This document shows, piece after piece, positions 50,902 through 61,788 of a stretch of 64,000 bases of DNA. The notes under the pieces are model-generated. The model was not told where the DNA came from. It ran no database searches and saw only the letters and a list, made by a program, of their open reading frames with translations. The translations under genes were made by a program, and so were the position numbers. The stretch is from Promethearchaeota archaeon (GTDB lineage: Archaea > Asgardarchaeota > Lokiarchaeia > Sigyniarchaeales > SOKP01): assembly GCA_019894975.1 (NCBI GenBank), contig JAGXNO010000011.1, forward strand, positions 16,480-80,479, given 5' to 3'. The stretch's first letter is position 1; every line of letters begins with the position of its first letter.

Positions 50902-51372
50902 GTGGTTACTATTAAAAAAGAACTCATAGCTCCATGTGGATTATATTGTGGTGTCTGTGCTATTCATATTGCAGATAGAGATAATAATCTGAAATTTAAA
51001 GAACGACTTGTGGATGTTTACAAACCCTTTTCAAAAACTATTGAGGATATTAAATGTAACGGGTGTCTTTCGGAAAAAAAAGAGGATATTTTTGGATATT
51101 GTCAATTATGTCCTATAAGAGATTGCATAAAAAATAAAGGAATTGAAGGATGTTATCAATGTGATGATTTTCCTTGTAAATTTATAGAAAATTTTCCAAT
51201 ACCTGTTGGAAAAAAGGTAATCTTTAGAGCTATTCCAAGATGGAGAGAAATAGGAACAGAAAAATGGGTTGAAGAAGAGGAAAAGAGGTATCTCTGCCCT
51301 GAATGTAATAATCCATTGTTTCGGGGCACAAAAAGATGTAACGAATGCGGAGTTTCCGTCGATGTTGATTAA
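50902..51372 (+). CDS. DUF3795 Cys-rich protein
   Basis: APCGLYCGVC, C.GC, C.IR.C, C.QC.DFPC and a C-terminal CPEC/CNEC. Confidence 0.82.
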   Translation: MVTIKKELIAPCGLYCGVCAIHIADRDNNLKFKERLVDVYKPFSKTIEDIKCNGCLSEKKEDIFGYCQLCPIRDCIKNKGIEGCYQCDDFPCKFIENFPIPVGKKVIFRAIPRWREIGTEKWVEEEEKRYLCPECNNPLFRGTKRCNECGVSVDVD

Positions 51373-51434
51373 ATTATAATTATTCCTTAATTAATAATAA
51401 GTTTTTTTATGTTTTCTTCAACTAGACTAAGATC

Positions 51435-52412
51435 ATGGTAAGAAAAAATATTGAATATATCATTAAGGACCAATTAAATAATACTCTAAGCGAAACAAAT
51501 TTCAACAAGTTAGGGAAATTATATCGGGGGAAGGTTCGTGATAATTATACTAAAGGAAATCAAAGGATAATCATCGCAACTGACAGGCTTTCAGCGTTTG
51601 ATCGTGTAATCACCACTATTCCTTTCAAGGGTCAAATGTTAAACCAAGTATCCTCTTTTTGGTTTGAAAAAACCAAGAAATTAGTAAAAAACCATTTAAT
51701 TGAGGTGCCAGATCCCAATGTCTCGGTTGTTCATCAATGCCAAACGCTTCCAATTGAGATTATCGTGAGAGGATATATCACCGGTACTGCATGGCGTAGC
51801 TATTTGAAAGGTGAGCCTACTTCAGGAATAATATTACCAAAAGGATTAAAGAAAAATCAACAGTTGGATGAAATCCTGGTCACCCCCTCAACCAAAGCTG
51901 AATCTGGACACGACATTTACATCTCAAAAGAGCAGATTATTCAAGAAAAAATGGTTGATAAGGAAATCTATGAAGATATGGAGCAAGCCGCTTTAAAGTT
52001 ATTCAAATATGGACAGGACTACTGCAAGAAAAATGGTCTTATTATGGTTGATACAAAATATGAATTTGGGCTTAAAGATGGAGAGTTAATGGTTATTGAT
52101 GAAATTCATACTCAAGACTCCTCAAGGTTTTGGATTTTGGATTCTTATGAAAAACTTTTTGAAAAAGAGGAGGAACCAGAAATTTTAGATAAAGAAATCT
52201 TCAGAGGATGGCTAATGGAGACTTATCCAAAAACCTTTCCGGATATTAAACCCGATGAGGATATCCCACTTATATCAGAGGATATTAAAATAGAATTAGC
52301 AACGAGGTATATGAGAAGTTATAAAAAGATTACGGGTTTGGATTTTAAAGCAGAAGTAGAAGATGTAAACCAAAGAATTCTAAAAAATTTAAAGGATACC
52401 AATTATTTATAG
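51435..52412 (+). CDS. purC: SAICAR synthetase
   Basis: GKVRD, TDRLSAFD, RGYITG, TPSTKA, VDTKYEFG and DSSRFW. Confidence 0.95.
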   Translation: MVRKNIEYIIKDQLNNTLSETNFNKLGKLYRGKVRDNYTKGNQRIIIATDRLSAFDRVITTIPFKGQMLNQVSSFWFEKTKKLVKNHLIEVPDPNVSVVHQCQTLPIEIIVRGYITGTAWRSYLKGEPTSGIILPKGLKKNQQLDEILVTPSTKAESGHDIYISKEQIIQEKMVDKEIYEDMEQAALKLFKYGQDYCKKNGLIMVDTKYEFGLKDGELMVIDEIHTQDSSRFWILDSYEKLFEKEEEPEILDKEIFRGWLMETYPKTFPDIKPDEDIPLISEDIKIELATRYMRSYKKITGLDFKAEVEDVNQRILKNLKDTNYL

Positions 52413-52458
52413 AAATTAAGAAAATTTTAAATAATAATCAACAGTATTTTATTTTATT

Positions 52459-52662
52459 ATGTTTGTTTTAATTCTTCTAGTTCTTGAAGCTTTACTATTT
52501 GTTTTAAGTTTCGTCTTTATAATCCTTGATATTAAAAATTATAAAGAGAATCAGTATGAAGATTTAAAAAGTAATGAATTACCTAAACGTAGTTCACAAA
52601 GTTTACTGTTTAGTCTTTTAGCAATTGTAGTTGCTATAATTGCTAGCTTAGCATATTATTAA
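52459..52662 (+). CDS. Small two-TM membrane protein
   Basis: 67 aa with hydrophobic ends, between purC and purS. Confidence 0.5.
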   Translation: MFVLILLVLEALLFVLSFVFIILDIKNYKENQYEDLKSNELPKRSSQSLLFSLLAIVVAIIASLAYY

Positions 52663-52819
52663 TTGAAAATAAACGAGGTCTCGTCGTTTTTGTCTAAGGG
52701 AATTATTTTTAAGTTAATAAGAACTAATAATAATATATACACCCTCTCTTTTCATAAATGGAACGCCTAAAAATAAATTCAGCTAAAATGAAAAAAAATT
52801 TATTAATTTCTTCTTGAGA

Positions 52820-53089
52820 ATGATGCAAACTAATTTTATAGTCGAAATCATCATGACCAACAAGGAAATGGCGCGAGATCCTGTGGGAGCAACTATTAAA
52901 CGAGATCTCCTCGCCAAAAAAGGTTATGATATGATTTCAAATGTCCGTAGTGGTCAATATCTTCGTATTCATATTTCTGCTGAAAATGAAACAAAAGCAA
53001 AGGAAATTATAGAAGATATGTGTAATAGGTTAAGAATATTCAACCCGGTAACTCAAAATTTAACTATTTTAAGAGTATCCAAATCATGA
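52820..53089 (+). CDS. purS: FGAM synthase subunit PurS
   Basis: RDPVG.TI, VRSG and MCNRL..NPV motifs; overlaps the purQ start (ATGA). Confidence 0.88.
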   Translation: MMQTNFIVEIIMTNKEMARDPVGATIKRDLLAKKGYDMISNVRSGQYLRIHISAENETKAKEIIEDMCNRLRIFNPVTQNLTILRVSKS

Positions 53090-53796
53090 ATATTAAAATT
53101 GCTGTAATCCAATTCCCCGCAAGTAATTGTGACCTAGATGCCATGCATGTTCTAAATAATGTAATCAAAGTTGAAGCCGATTTAGTATGGCATAATTATT
53201 TTAAAGAGCCTAATTATGATGCTGTTATTTTACCTGGGGGATTTGCATTCGGAGATTACTTAAGAGCAGGAATAATTGCTGCTCATAGTCCCGCAATTGA
53301 TGAGGCAAGGATAATGTTAAAGGATGGACGACCTGTAATAGGGATTTGTAATGGTTTCCAGATTTTGACCGAAGCCCAATTTCTTCCCGGGGCGTTATTA
53401 AGAAATGAATCTCTTAAATTTAGCTGTAAATGGGTGAATCTGAAAGTTGAAAATAATAAAACCGCATGCACGAATAAAATGAACATAGGAGATGTACTTG
53501 CTTTCCCTATAGCTCATGGTGAAGGACGTTACTATACAGATAAAGTGAAAGAGTTAGAAGAAAATAATCAAATTGTATTTAAGTATTCTACGGAAAAAGG
53601 AGAACAAACGAAAGATGCAAACCCCAATGGTTCCTTAGAAAATATAGCAGGAATTTGTAATTTAGAACAAAATTGTATCGGATTAATGCCTCACCCAGAA
53701 CGAGCTTCAGAAGCAATTCTGAGTCCAAAAAAGACAGAACATGGAAAATTATTCTTTGAATCTATAGTAGAATTCATTAAACGGAGGGTATCTTAA
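53086..53796 (+). CDS. purQ: FGAM synthase glutaminase subunit PurQ
   Basis: FPASNCD, PGGFAFGDYLR, GICNGFQ and MPHPER. Confidence 0.95.
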   Translation: MNIKIAVIQFPASNCDLDAMHVLNNVIKVEADLVWHNYFKEPNYDAVILPGGFAFGDYLRAGIIAAHSPAIDEARIMLKDGRPVIGICNGFQILTEAQFLPGALLRNESLKFSCKWVNLKVENNKTACTNKMNIGDVLAFPIAHGEGRYYTDKVKELEENNQIVFKYSTEKGEQTKDANPNGSLENIAGICNLEQNCIGLMPHPERASEAILSPKKTEHGKLFFESIVEFIKRRVS

Positions 53797-56033
53797 TGAC
53801 TAAAGTAAGTCTTAATGGGGAAGAAGTAGAAATTGAAATGACTGAATGGGAATATGAAAAAGTAAAAGATTTACTGAAAAGAGAGCCTAATCTTACAGAG
53901 TTAAATATGTTTAGTGTAATGTGGTCTGAGCATTGCTCTTATAAGTCTTCCCGTCCAAAATTGAAATTTTTTGAGGATGCAGAAGCAGAATATGAATATG
54001 TATTGGCTGGTCCTGGCCAAGATGCTGGTGTAATTGATATCGGAGATGGCTATTGTTTAGCTTTTAGAATTGAATCACACAATCACCCTTCAGCAATCGA
54101 ACCATATCACGGAGCTGCTACAGGGATCGGCGGTATCATCAGGGACGTACTCTGTATGGGTGTACGGCCAATTGCTTTATTAGACCCTCTAAGGTTTGGT
54201 TCTTTAAAAGATAATCCACACTCACAATGGTTATTCAAATACGTAGTGAAAGGAATCGCAGATTATGGCAATTGTACGGGAATTCCTACTATTGGAGGGG
54301 AGGTTGAATTTGATGATAGCTTTGAAAGCAACTGCCTTGTAAACGTAGCTTGCATAGGTTTAGGGACAATAGAAGATTTTAAGCACGCTCCAAGTAGAGC
54401 TTATAACCCAGGAGATTACGTAATATTAATGGGGGGTTCAACAGGGAGAGATGGAATCCATGGGGTAACTTTTGCATCACGTACTCTGACAGAGATGTCT
54501 GAGGCTGATCGCCCCGCTGTTCAAATTGGGGATCCTTTTACAAAGAAGATGATTATTGAAGCGACTTTAGAAGTTATAAAGACTGGATTTGTGAGAGGCT
54601 TAAAAGATCTTGGCGGCGGTGGTTTAACATGCGCAGCAAGTGAACTAACTGGTGATGGTAATACAGGTGCTAAGGTTGATTTAAGAAAAGTCTTTGCAAG
54701 AGAACCAGACATGAACTCTTACGAAATTATGGTCTCCGAATCACAGGAACGAATGGCATTTATTGTTAAACCTGAAGGATTAGATACTGTTCTTGACATA
54801 TTTAAAAAATATGAGATGAGTTTTGCAGTAATTGGGAGAACTGATGATTCTAAAGTTCTAAAAGTTTTCGATGAAGAAGAATTGGTTGTAAATATCCCCG
54901 CAAAAGCTTTATCAGAATCCCCAACTTTTAAACGGGAGGAGAAAAAACCAAGTTACTTAGATAATCTATTATCGCAGAAAACACCGAAACCTTCTTTAAG
55001 TTTAGAGGAAATCATTTATAAATTAATTGCTTCAGAAAATATCTGTAGCAAAGAATGGATTTACCGTCAATACGATCATGAAGTTGGCGTTCGATCGGTC
55101 GTAAAGTGTGGCGAAGGAGATTCAGGTGTTTTACGAATTATTGGTACTGACAAATTTATAGCCGCCAATGTAGGCGTGAACTCAAAACATTGCTTTTTAG
55201 ATCCTTACGAAGGTGCTAAAGGAGGTTTAGTTGAAGTTTGTGGAAACATAATAGCTAATGGGGCAAAACCAATGGCAATGGTAAATTGTTGTAATTTTGG
55301 AAATCCTGAAATCCCCGAATCATTTTGGTATTTTTCAAGAGCTGTTGATGGGATGAATGACTTTTGCAGGAGCTTGAAGATACCAATTGTGGGGGGTAAT
55401 GTATCATTTTACAATGAAGATGAGGTAACAAAGACAGCAATTAAAGCCACACCAGAAATTATGATCGTGGGTATTATTGAGGGGGAAGAAAACATAATTA
55501 CCCTTCCTTTTAAAGAAATTGGTAATGATATTTTATTAATAGGTGAAACTAAAGCAGAACTTGGTGGTTCTGAATATCATTCTGTTATTCACAAATTAGA
55601 AGGTGGTATTCCCCCAAAAGTAAATGAAGAAAAAGCAAAGGCTACTTGGAATTTTCTTTTTGAACTTTATAACCAGCATCTTGTTAAAGCCAATCATGAT
55701 GTAAATAAAGGCGGTCTCGTAATTACAATTGCGGAAATGTGTTTCAAAAATAACTTAGGGGCAAAAGTTGATTTTACTGATACAAAATTGCGTGATGATG
55801 AATTTCTGTTTAGTGAATCAGTTGGTAGATTTGTTATCGAAATCAACCCTAAAAATTATAACCAAATCATTAACATTGCGAAACAGTTCGAAGTAGAAAT
55901 TAAAAAGATAGGTACGATAACATCAACCCCAGAAATCATTATCAGCATGCCTGAATCCAAACCGGTGAATTTAGACTTGATTAAAATGAAAAATTTATTC
56001 GATTCTACAATACCTAACTTAATGGATGTTTAA
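53796..56033 (+). CDS. purL: FGAM synthase subunit PurL
   Basis: WSEHCSYKSS, ESHNHPS, DLGGGG, SESQERM and GGNVSFYNE. Confidence 0.96.
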   Translation: MTKVSLNGEEVEIEMTEWEYEKVKDLLKREPNLTELNMFSVMWSEHCSYKSSRPKLKFFEDAEAEYEYVLAGPGQDAGVIDIGDGYCLAFRIESHNHPSAIEPYHGAATGIGGIIRDVLCMGVRPIALLDPLRFGSLKDNPHSQWLFKYVVKGIADYGNCTGIPTIGGEVEFDDSFESNCLVNVACIGLGTIEDFKHAPSRAYNPGDYVILMGGSTGRDGIHGVTFASRTLTEMSEADRPAVQIGDPFTKKMIIEATLEVIKTGFVRGLKDLGGGGLTCAASELTGDGNTGAKVDLRKVFAREPDMNSYEIMVSESQERMAFIVKPEGLDTVLDIFKKYEMSFAVIGRTDDSKVLKVFDEEELVVNIPAKALSESPTFKREEKKPSYLDNLLSQKTPKPSLSLEEIIYKLIASENICSKEWIYRQYDHEVGVRSVVKCGEGDSGVLRIIGTDKFIAANVGVNSKHCFLDPYEGAKGGLVEVCGNIIANGAKPMAMVNCCNFGNPEIPESFWYFSRAVDGMNDFCRSLKIPIVGGNVSFYNEDEVTKTAIKATPEIMIVGIIEGEENIITLPFKEIGNDILLIGETKAELGGSEYHSVIHKLEGGIPPKVNEEKAKATWNFLFELYNQHLVKANHDVNKGGLVITIAEMCFKNNLGAKVDFTDTKLRDDEFLFSESVGRFVIEINPKNYNQIINIAKQFEVEIKKIGTITSTPEIIISMPESKPVNLDLIKMKNLFDSTIPNLMDV

Positions 56034-56205
56034 CTTCCCGTAATTTTTTAATTCATGTAATTAAATCACATTGATCATAAAGAAAAATTCAGACAAACAT
56101 AATATTCCGTCTTGTTTGTTCTTCAAGAACATTTTTAGATTAAAACCAAAAATTTGAAATATATATGTAATTTAACTACTTTGTCAGATTATAGGTGATT
56201 TTTAG

Positions 56206-56412
56206 TTGAGTCTTAGAGTTAGAGCGTGTATTAAATGCCGACAATACATGGTAATTCATCCAGATAATCCCGTGAATCAAGTAGATATTAAAAAGTTCGA
56301 AAGAAAACATACTGGTCATACTATTATGACTTCAGATATTAATGAAGTCAAGGGAGTTTATACTCCTTTTACGAATAATGGGAATGGTCACTCATCTGAT
56401 GAAAATGTCTAA
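56206..56412 (+). CDS. Small putative zinc-binding protein
   Basis: CxxC...HxxH pattern; SD AGGTGA 7 nt before TTG. Confidence 0.65.
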   Translation: MSLRVRACIKCRQYMVIHPDNPVNQVDIKKFERKHTGHTIMTSDINEVKGVYTPFTNNGNGHSSDENV

Positions 56413-56472
56413 TAAATTTTAGATGTAGTTTTCGAAATAGATTCTTATAAAAAAAGAAAAAAAAATTATTTC

Positions 56473-57963
56473 TTAAAGCTTATTTTCTATTTTGGTACCG
56501 CACCATTTACAAAAATTTTCAGAGCTTGAAAGTTTACTACCACAGAGAGCGCAGTTTTTGGCTTTTGCAGGAGTGATTACTGAAGAACTCTCGGTTTTCC
56601 GGCCTTCCACCTTTCCACCACACTGAATACAGAATTTTGCAGATGGCTTAAGAGGAGCATCGCATCGAATACATTTAGATGTTTCTTTTACTTCATCTGG
56701 CTGTTTATCAACTTTTTTATACGGGGAAACTCCGGGAGTGGTACTCTCTGTTGGTGATTTTAATTTCAACTTCTTTTGACCTCTCCTTGCTATTAAAGCC
56801 GCAACAAGGAGGATGACAACGACTACTAAGACAATAATTAAAATCCATTGAACATCTAACCATCTATCGGCAGATGTCTTTCCTGTATCATAGGTTACAT
56901 CAAAAGTAATTAAGGTTGATTCATCCGGAGAATTCATTGGATCAAAATACACAAAGAAATACCAATTTCCTGAAGTAGGTACATTAAATGTATCAAGGGG
57001 TATGGTGTTTGTTTGATTGATATAAAAATCAGCGTAAGTAAAGTCTACAACACCAGTGGCAGTAAAATCTATAGTAAAATCAACATCTTCATTTGATACC
57101 CCATCGTTATACCACACTACGTAGTAATCTTTAGCTTGTGAAATTTGTAGTGTTCCAGTTTCTGCAACCGTATTCGGTTCATCCACATAAAACGAGGGTG
57201 AACCTCCTTGATCCCAAATATATACATCATTTGCATCCCCGATGAAGAAATCAACTGGTCCCGATGTATTAAAATCATAATGAATTACTGACTCTGGCCT
57301 TAAAAACATCCAAACATATTGATATTCATCACTCTGGAGTGTAATTGGCCCTACTTCCGAAATATTTAGCATCATAGTAGGCAAAGACTCAAAAGGGCTA
57401 TCAGAGATAGCGAAATTTATAAGACTCGGAGATGATTGAATGGAATATGTAATATCATTCCCTTGTTCAATATACTCATATTCATACCAAAATTCGTTAA
57501 AATATAATGTTTCAGTTGAGCGGTAGTTTACAAAACCATTAGTATCAGCTTCACTAAAAGGGAATAATAGGGCAACACCAAACACTGGAAGGAGAATTAA
57601 AGCAGATACAATAAGGAATAATATTCCCCCACCAACATACATGGGGGAATAATACCAGGGACGATAATAATGTCCCGACCACCATGGGGAATACCACCCC
57701 CTATAATACCAAGGTCGGTGATACCACCAATAAGGTCGATAATATCTTCTATGTGGTCTATACATGGTATGTCGGTAAGGACCACTTGGGGAACGAGATA
57801 CTATGCGATTAGCTCCGGTTCTCCCGAATGGTCTTCCACTTGGTCTACCACCTCCCATTCGACCACCAAATCCGCCTCCTCTAAATCCTCCTCCACTGAA
57901 TCCGCCACCAAAACCTCCACCTCTAAAGCCGCCACCACGAAATCCACCACCACCACGAGGCAT
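56473..57963 (-). CDS. Two-TM membrane protein with Gly/Arg/Phe-rich N-terminus, extracellular beta domain and C-terminal double zinc ribbon
   Basis: FRGGG repeats, an R/P/Y/W-rich tract, two TM helices and four CxxC pairs. SD GGAGGTG upstream. Confidence 0.8.
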   Translation of the reverse strand: MPRGGGGFRGGGFRGGGFGGGFSGGGFRGGGFGGRMGGGRPSGRPFGRTGANRIVSRSPSGPYRHTMYRPHRRYYRPYWWYHRPWYYRGWYSPWWSGHYYRPWYYSPMYVGGGILFLIVSALILLPVFGVALLFPFSEADTNGFVNYRSTETLYFNEFWYEYEYIEQGNDITYSIQSSPSLINFAISDSPFESLPTMMLNISEVGPITLQSDEYQYVWMFLRPESVIHYDFNTSGPVDFFIGDANDVYIWDQGGSPSFYVDEPNTVAETGTLQISQAKDYYVVWYNDGVSNEDVDFTIDFTATGVVDFTYADFYINQTNTIPLDTFNVPTSGNWYFFVYFDPMNSPDESTLITFDVTYDTGKTSADRWLDVQWILIIVLVVVVILLVAALIARRGQKKLKLKSPTESTTPGVSPYKKVDKQPDEVKETSKCIRCDAPLKPSAKFCIQCGGKVEGRKTESSSVITPAKAKNCALCGSKLSSSENFCKWCGTKIENKL

Positions 57964-57965
57964 GT

Positions 57966-58976
57966 CTATACACCTCCCAAGCTTTCATTAGAATCAGGAA
58001 ATTCTTTTGCCTTGAAAATATAGTCTCGATTAATTGCCAGTAAAATCAATATCATTGAAAAAACTGACATTATCAAACCAACAGGGTCGATTAAAATTTC
58101 TGGGGAGGGAGTAGCAATTGCAAATGCGATTCCAAACAATATCCATTGAAAAGCCATGAAAAAAACAGTCATTCCCGGAAAAACCATCCTTACAATCCAA
58201 CCTGTCTGTAAATTTCGGGTATCAGAAAAACTAGTATATACAATAGAAAATAGTCCTATCATTCCAAATATTAATAAAAGGACACTAAATATTTCTATCG
58301 TTAACCATATCGGTCCATTCCTCGTGAATAGATCAAGGAAAGATACAAGAATACCTGCGCCTCTCACCTCAAATAAATGGAAGGTTACTTCTCCACCAAC
58401 AGGGCCCATTCCAAGTAGACTCAAAAGGTCTATTTGGTTTCCAGTAAAATAACCAAAAACCCCTGCAAGAGGTAGAATGATCCCTAATGTGAAAGCTAAT
58501 ATTACACACACACTAGCAAACCAAAATTCAGCAACCCTCGTATTTCTCACAGGAATAAGACCAATTTCATCTACTACTTTATCAGGGATATAACTCCAAC
58601 AATCCTGAATAGTGCATACGCCGATTAGTTTTCCATTTTCAACTACGGGGACTACATTTACATTTAAATCACGCATTCTTATGAAAACTTCATTCACAGA
58701 TGTATTTAATTCTACGGGTGTAATTTTATACATTGTAGAAATTACAGTTTCAGATTTACAGTCATTTCCTTCTGCTACAGCATTTTGAACTATATCAAAA
58801 TCAGCGATAACTCCAAGTACTTTTTGTGTCTCTCCTTCGACCACTACTAAATCTGGAACACCCAATTCTTTCATCTTTTTAGCTGCTTCTTGAATTGTCG
58901 CCTTTGAGTCGATAACTCCGTATTCATCATCAATTACAAGATCTTTTACAAAAAATTCATTTTTTGTTAATGCCAT
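57966..58976 (-). CDS. CBS-pair domain protein fused to a 4-TM membrane domain
   Basis: Tandem CBS motifs (LVVVE...LGVI..DI; VPVVENGKLIGV.T..D) followed by hydrophobic helices. Confidence 0.8.
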   Translation of the reverse strand: MALTKNEFFVKDLVIDDEYGVIDSKATIQEAAKKMKELGVPDLVVVEGETQKVLGVIADFDIVQNAVAEGNDCKSETVISTMYKITPVELNTSVNEVFIRMRDLNVNVVPVVENGKLIGVCTIQDCWSYIPDKVVDEIGLIPVRNTRVAEFWFASVCVILAFTLGIILPLAGVFGYFTGNQIDLLSLLGMGPVGGEVTFHLFEVRGAGILVSFLDLFTRNGPIWLTIEIFSVLLLIFGMIGLFSIVYTSFSDTRNLQTGWIVRMVFPGMTVFFMAFQWILFGIAFAIATPSPEILIDPVGLIMSVFSMILILLAINRDYIFKAKEFPDSNESLGGV

Positions 58977-59172
58977 TTATTGTGCATCCTTTTTTTCTGT
59001 TAAATTAAGTTTCTACGATCCATACACGATATAGAATATATAAATGTTTTTGTTAAATGGAATTACCCTAGTTCAAAAAAGGTTTATTAAAAATTGGACT
59101 ATACATCCTTTAAATTAGCTAGTTGATAATTAAAGAATTCCCCCTAATTATTCCGAAATTTATGATTTTACT

Positions 59173-59964
59173 TTAAAAAAATTCAATTAAAGAAGTGAAA
59201 GAATCAATTACTTTAGATGGTTTAATAACTGAAGTATTCGGATTATAAAATTGTCCTTTCCCTGTTTTTACCAAAATTCCTTTAATGCCCGTATTTATTG
59301 CCCCTTGAATATCAGATTCTATATCATCCCCAACAACAAGTACATCTTTTGATTTTAGTTTTATTTTTTCTAATGCTTGAATAAAATATTCTTTTGAGGG
59401 CTTTCCAAAAATTTTTGACTCCGAATTTGCAGCTTTAGCAATCATATAAACAAAAGAGCCAGTATCAATGACGGGTTCTCCGGTACGGTCGAGATAATAC
59501 CAATTACCTTGAGTCCCAAGGAGTTGGGCACCTTTTAATACATATTGAAAAGCCTTATTCAAGCGATTCACATCCCAATTATCATGAAAATCTCCAATAA
59601 TTACATACTCGGGGATTTCAGAACCTTCAACTTTAGGAAAATCTTGAAATTCTTTCTCAACTTCTGCTGTAGTGACAAAGAAAGACTTTTTGTTAGGATA
59701 TTCAAGTAAAAATTCTTTTAAAGCTATAATTGGGGTGAAGATTTCCTGCTCATTAATAGCAAATCCATAATTTTGCATATTTCTTAATATAGTTTTAGGG
59801 GTTTTACTATCTGTATTTGTGAAGAAAAGAAGTTTCAGTCCGATCTCGCGGAGTTTTGAAACGGATTCGATGGCTCCAGGAATTGGAGATCCTTTAAAAT
59901 AAAGCGTTCCATCAATATCTGCTAAAATTCCTTTTATATCCCCAAATTTTCTATTGGTTTTCAT
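59173..59964 (-). CDS. HAD-superfamily IIA hydrolase (LHPP/HDHD2-like)
   Basis: DIDGT, TNT, GKPS, VGDDIESDI.GA and KTGK. Confidence 0.88.
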   Translation of the reverse strand: MKTNRKFGDIKGILADIDGTLYFKGSPIPGAIESVSKLREIGLKLLFFTNTDSKTPKTILRNMQNYGFAINEQEIFTPIIALKEFLLEYPNKKSFFVTTAEVEKEFQDFPKVEGSEIPEYVIIGDFHDNWDVNRLNKAFQYVLKGAQLLGTQGNWYYLDRTGEPVIDTGSFVYMIAKAANSESKIFGKPSKEYFIQALEKIKLKSKDVLVVGDDIESDIQGAINTGIKGILVKTGKGQFYNPNTSVIKPSKVIDSFTSLIEFF

Positions 59965-59989
59965 TATTTACAATATGTTTTAATATTTT

Positions 59990-60538
59990 TTAATCATCAG
60001 AAGGGAGTATATCTTTTATATTTATGAGACAATGAACCTTAATTAAGTGTTTTTTCTCAAAATCTGTAATATCCTCTGAAGTTCTGCAAATAAAAACAAA
60101 TAAGTCTGCTACAGTTGCTCCTTCATCTCTTAAAGTATTAATCGCAAAGAGTTTGCTAAAACCACTCGATATTAAATCATCAACCAACAAAATTTTTTGT
60201 CCTTTCTTGATTTCCCCTTCAATCATTTTTTTTAGTCCATATTTCTTTGGTTCTTTTCTTAAAATGTAAAAGGGTTTGCTGAGCTTATTAGCAATCATAG
60301 TACCAAATGGAATCCCCGCAAGTGGGATGGCAACAACACCTTCAATTTCAGGAACATTCTTATTCAAATACTTAATAGCAAAATTAGTCAATTTTTCAAA
60401 GGCTTTTGGATAATTTGGAATGATTCTTAAGTCAATATAGTATTTTGATTTTGCACCAGATGCTAAAATGAATTCGCCGTATTTTAAAGCACCAGTTTGT
60501 TCTAAAATCTGTAGTATTTCTTCTTTTATTTTATCCAT
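59990..60538 (-). CDS. pyrE: Orotate phosphoribosyltransferase
   Basis: GEFILASG.KS.YYIDLR, RKEPK.YG and LVDDLISSG. Confidence 0.92.
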   Translation of the reverse strand: MDKIKEEILQILEQTGALKYGEFILASGAKSKYYIDLRIIPNYPKAFEKLTNFAIKYLNKNVPEIEGVVAIPLAGIPFGTMIANKLSKPFYILRKEPKKYGLKKMIEGEIKKGQKILLVDDLISSGFSKLFAINTLRDEGATVADLFVFICRTSEDITDFEKKHLIKVHCLINIKDILPSDD

Positions 60539-60669
60539 AATTTATGACAATTATCTTTTATAGGTATTTAGCATCATTTCCTTTTAAAACTTATATCAGG
60601 ATTAGATAAATTCAATTTCTATATGAAATATAATGCTATGTTATGGAGTTATGTAATTTCTTTCTACTA

Positions 60670-61464
60670 CTACTTATGTCGTTTTAGAAAATCTAATATG
60701 ATATTTGATAAGGCGTCTGACTCTGATAATATTGTCATATGATTAGCATTTGGGATAATCGATAATTCTGCGTTTGGAATCAACCGGTAAATCCGTAGTG
60801 GATCCTCAAGAGGAATGCTACCATCACGATCTCCATGAAAAATAAGTGTTGGTACTGAAATCTTGGCTAATCTTTCACCTGGAAATTCATCAGGATTAGT
60901 CCACATCTTTGATATATTGACTAATAGTTCCTTCCAATAATTTGGTCCATAGACTGATGAATGTAGTACGCTCAAGAGTGGGGGGAATTGAGGCCATTTC
61001 TCTTCAAATTTTTCAAAATCAACATCTCCAGGGCTATTAAATCCCATCTCCTTATTACTATTTGTATAAAGTTCTGATATCTCGCATAGAACCCCTCCAG
61101 CAACAAGAGCTCTAGATGCGTCGGGATAATTGATACCAATTTCTAACGCAATCTGTCCACCATCACTATAGCCGACAACAAATGGATGATCAAGATCTAA
61201 TTCCTTGATTAGGGCAATGATATCATCACACATCAGTTTATAACTAAGCTTACCAGTAGGATTGTTAGATTTCCCGTGACCCCTGGAATCAGGAGCAATA
61301 ACTCTGAACTTTGAACTAAGAATTGGAAGATAGGAGCCCCAATTTAACTGTGCGTTAACAAGTCCTCCATGAAGTAAAATTATGGGTATTCCTCTTCCAT
61401 AGTCCTCATAATACATTTGTATTCCATTGATTTCCGCATACTTACCTTCATTGTCTTTACTCAA
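60670..61464 (-). CDS. Alpha/beta hydrolase
   Basis: LLHGG, DSRGHGKS, GYSDGG, GDRD and ANH. Confidence 0.88.
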   Translation of the reverse strand: MSKDNEGKYAEINGIQMYYEDYGRGIPIILLHGGLVNAQLNWGSYLPILSSKFRVIAPDSRGHGKSNNPTGKLSYKLMCDDIIALIKELDLDHPFVVGYSDGGQIALEIGINYPDASRALVAGGVLCEISELYTNSNKEMGFNSPGDVDFEKFEEKWPQFPPLLSVLHSSVYGPNYWKELLVNISKMWTNPDEFPGERLAKISVPTLIFHGDRDGSIPLEDPLRIYRLIPNAELSIIPNANHMTILSESDALSNIILDFLKRHK

Positions 61465-61788
61465 TACAATTACCCTCAGAATTAGTTTCTATATGATCCT
61501 CAGATCTAATAAATATAATTACCATTTAATATTGCTCTTTTTTCTTGTTTTATGGTATACATCTTTATAATATATTTTAATATCATATTTAATTAAAGTG
61601 GGCAAAATCATCGTGAAATTATTTCTTTTTTAATATCTACATTACCTAAACGATGAATTATTTACAAATAAATAACAACTATATGATTAATTTTCTACGT
61701 AAACCTTAAATTTTTTCTATATTAGTTTTAACATAATTGTAAAAGCAATTTAATTGCATAAACTTAAATTATTGAGGAGGAAATCACG

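Noticed and set aside
57597-58023. Pro-rich and Ser/Thr-rich ORFs at 57670, 57803 and 57597
   Set aside because: Shadow frames of the Gly/Arg-rich repeat in the real minus-strand gene.
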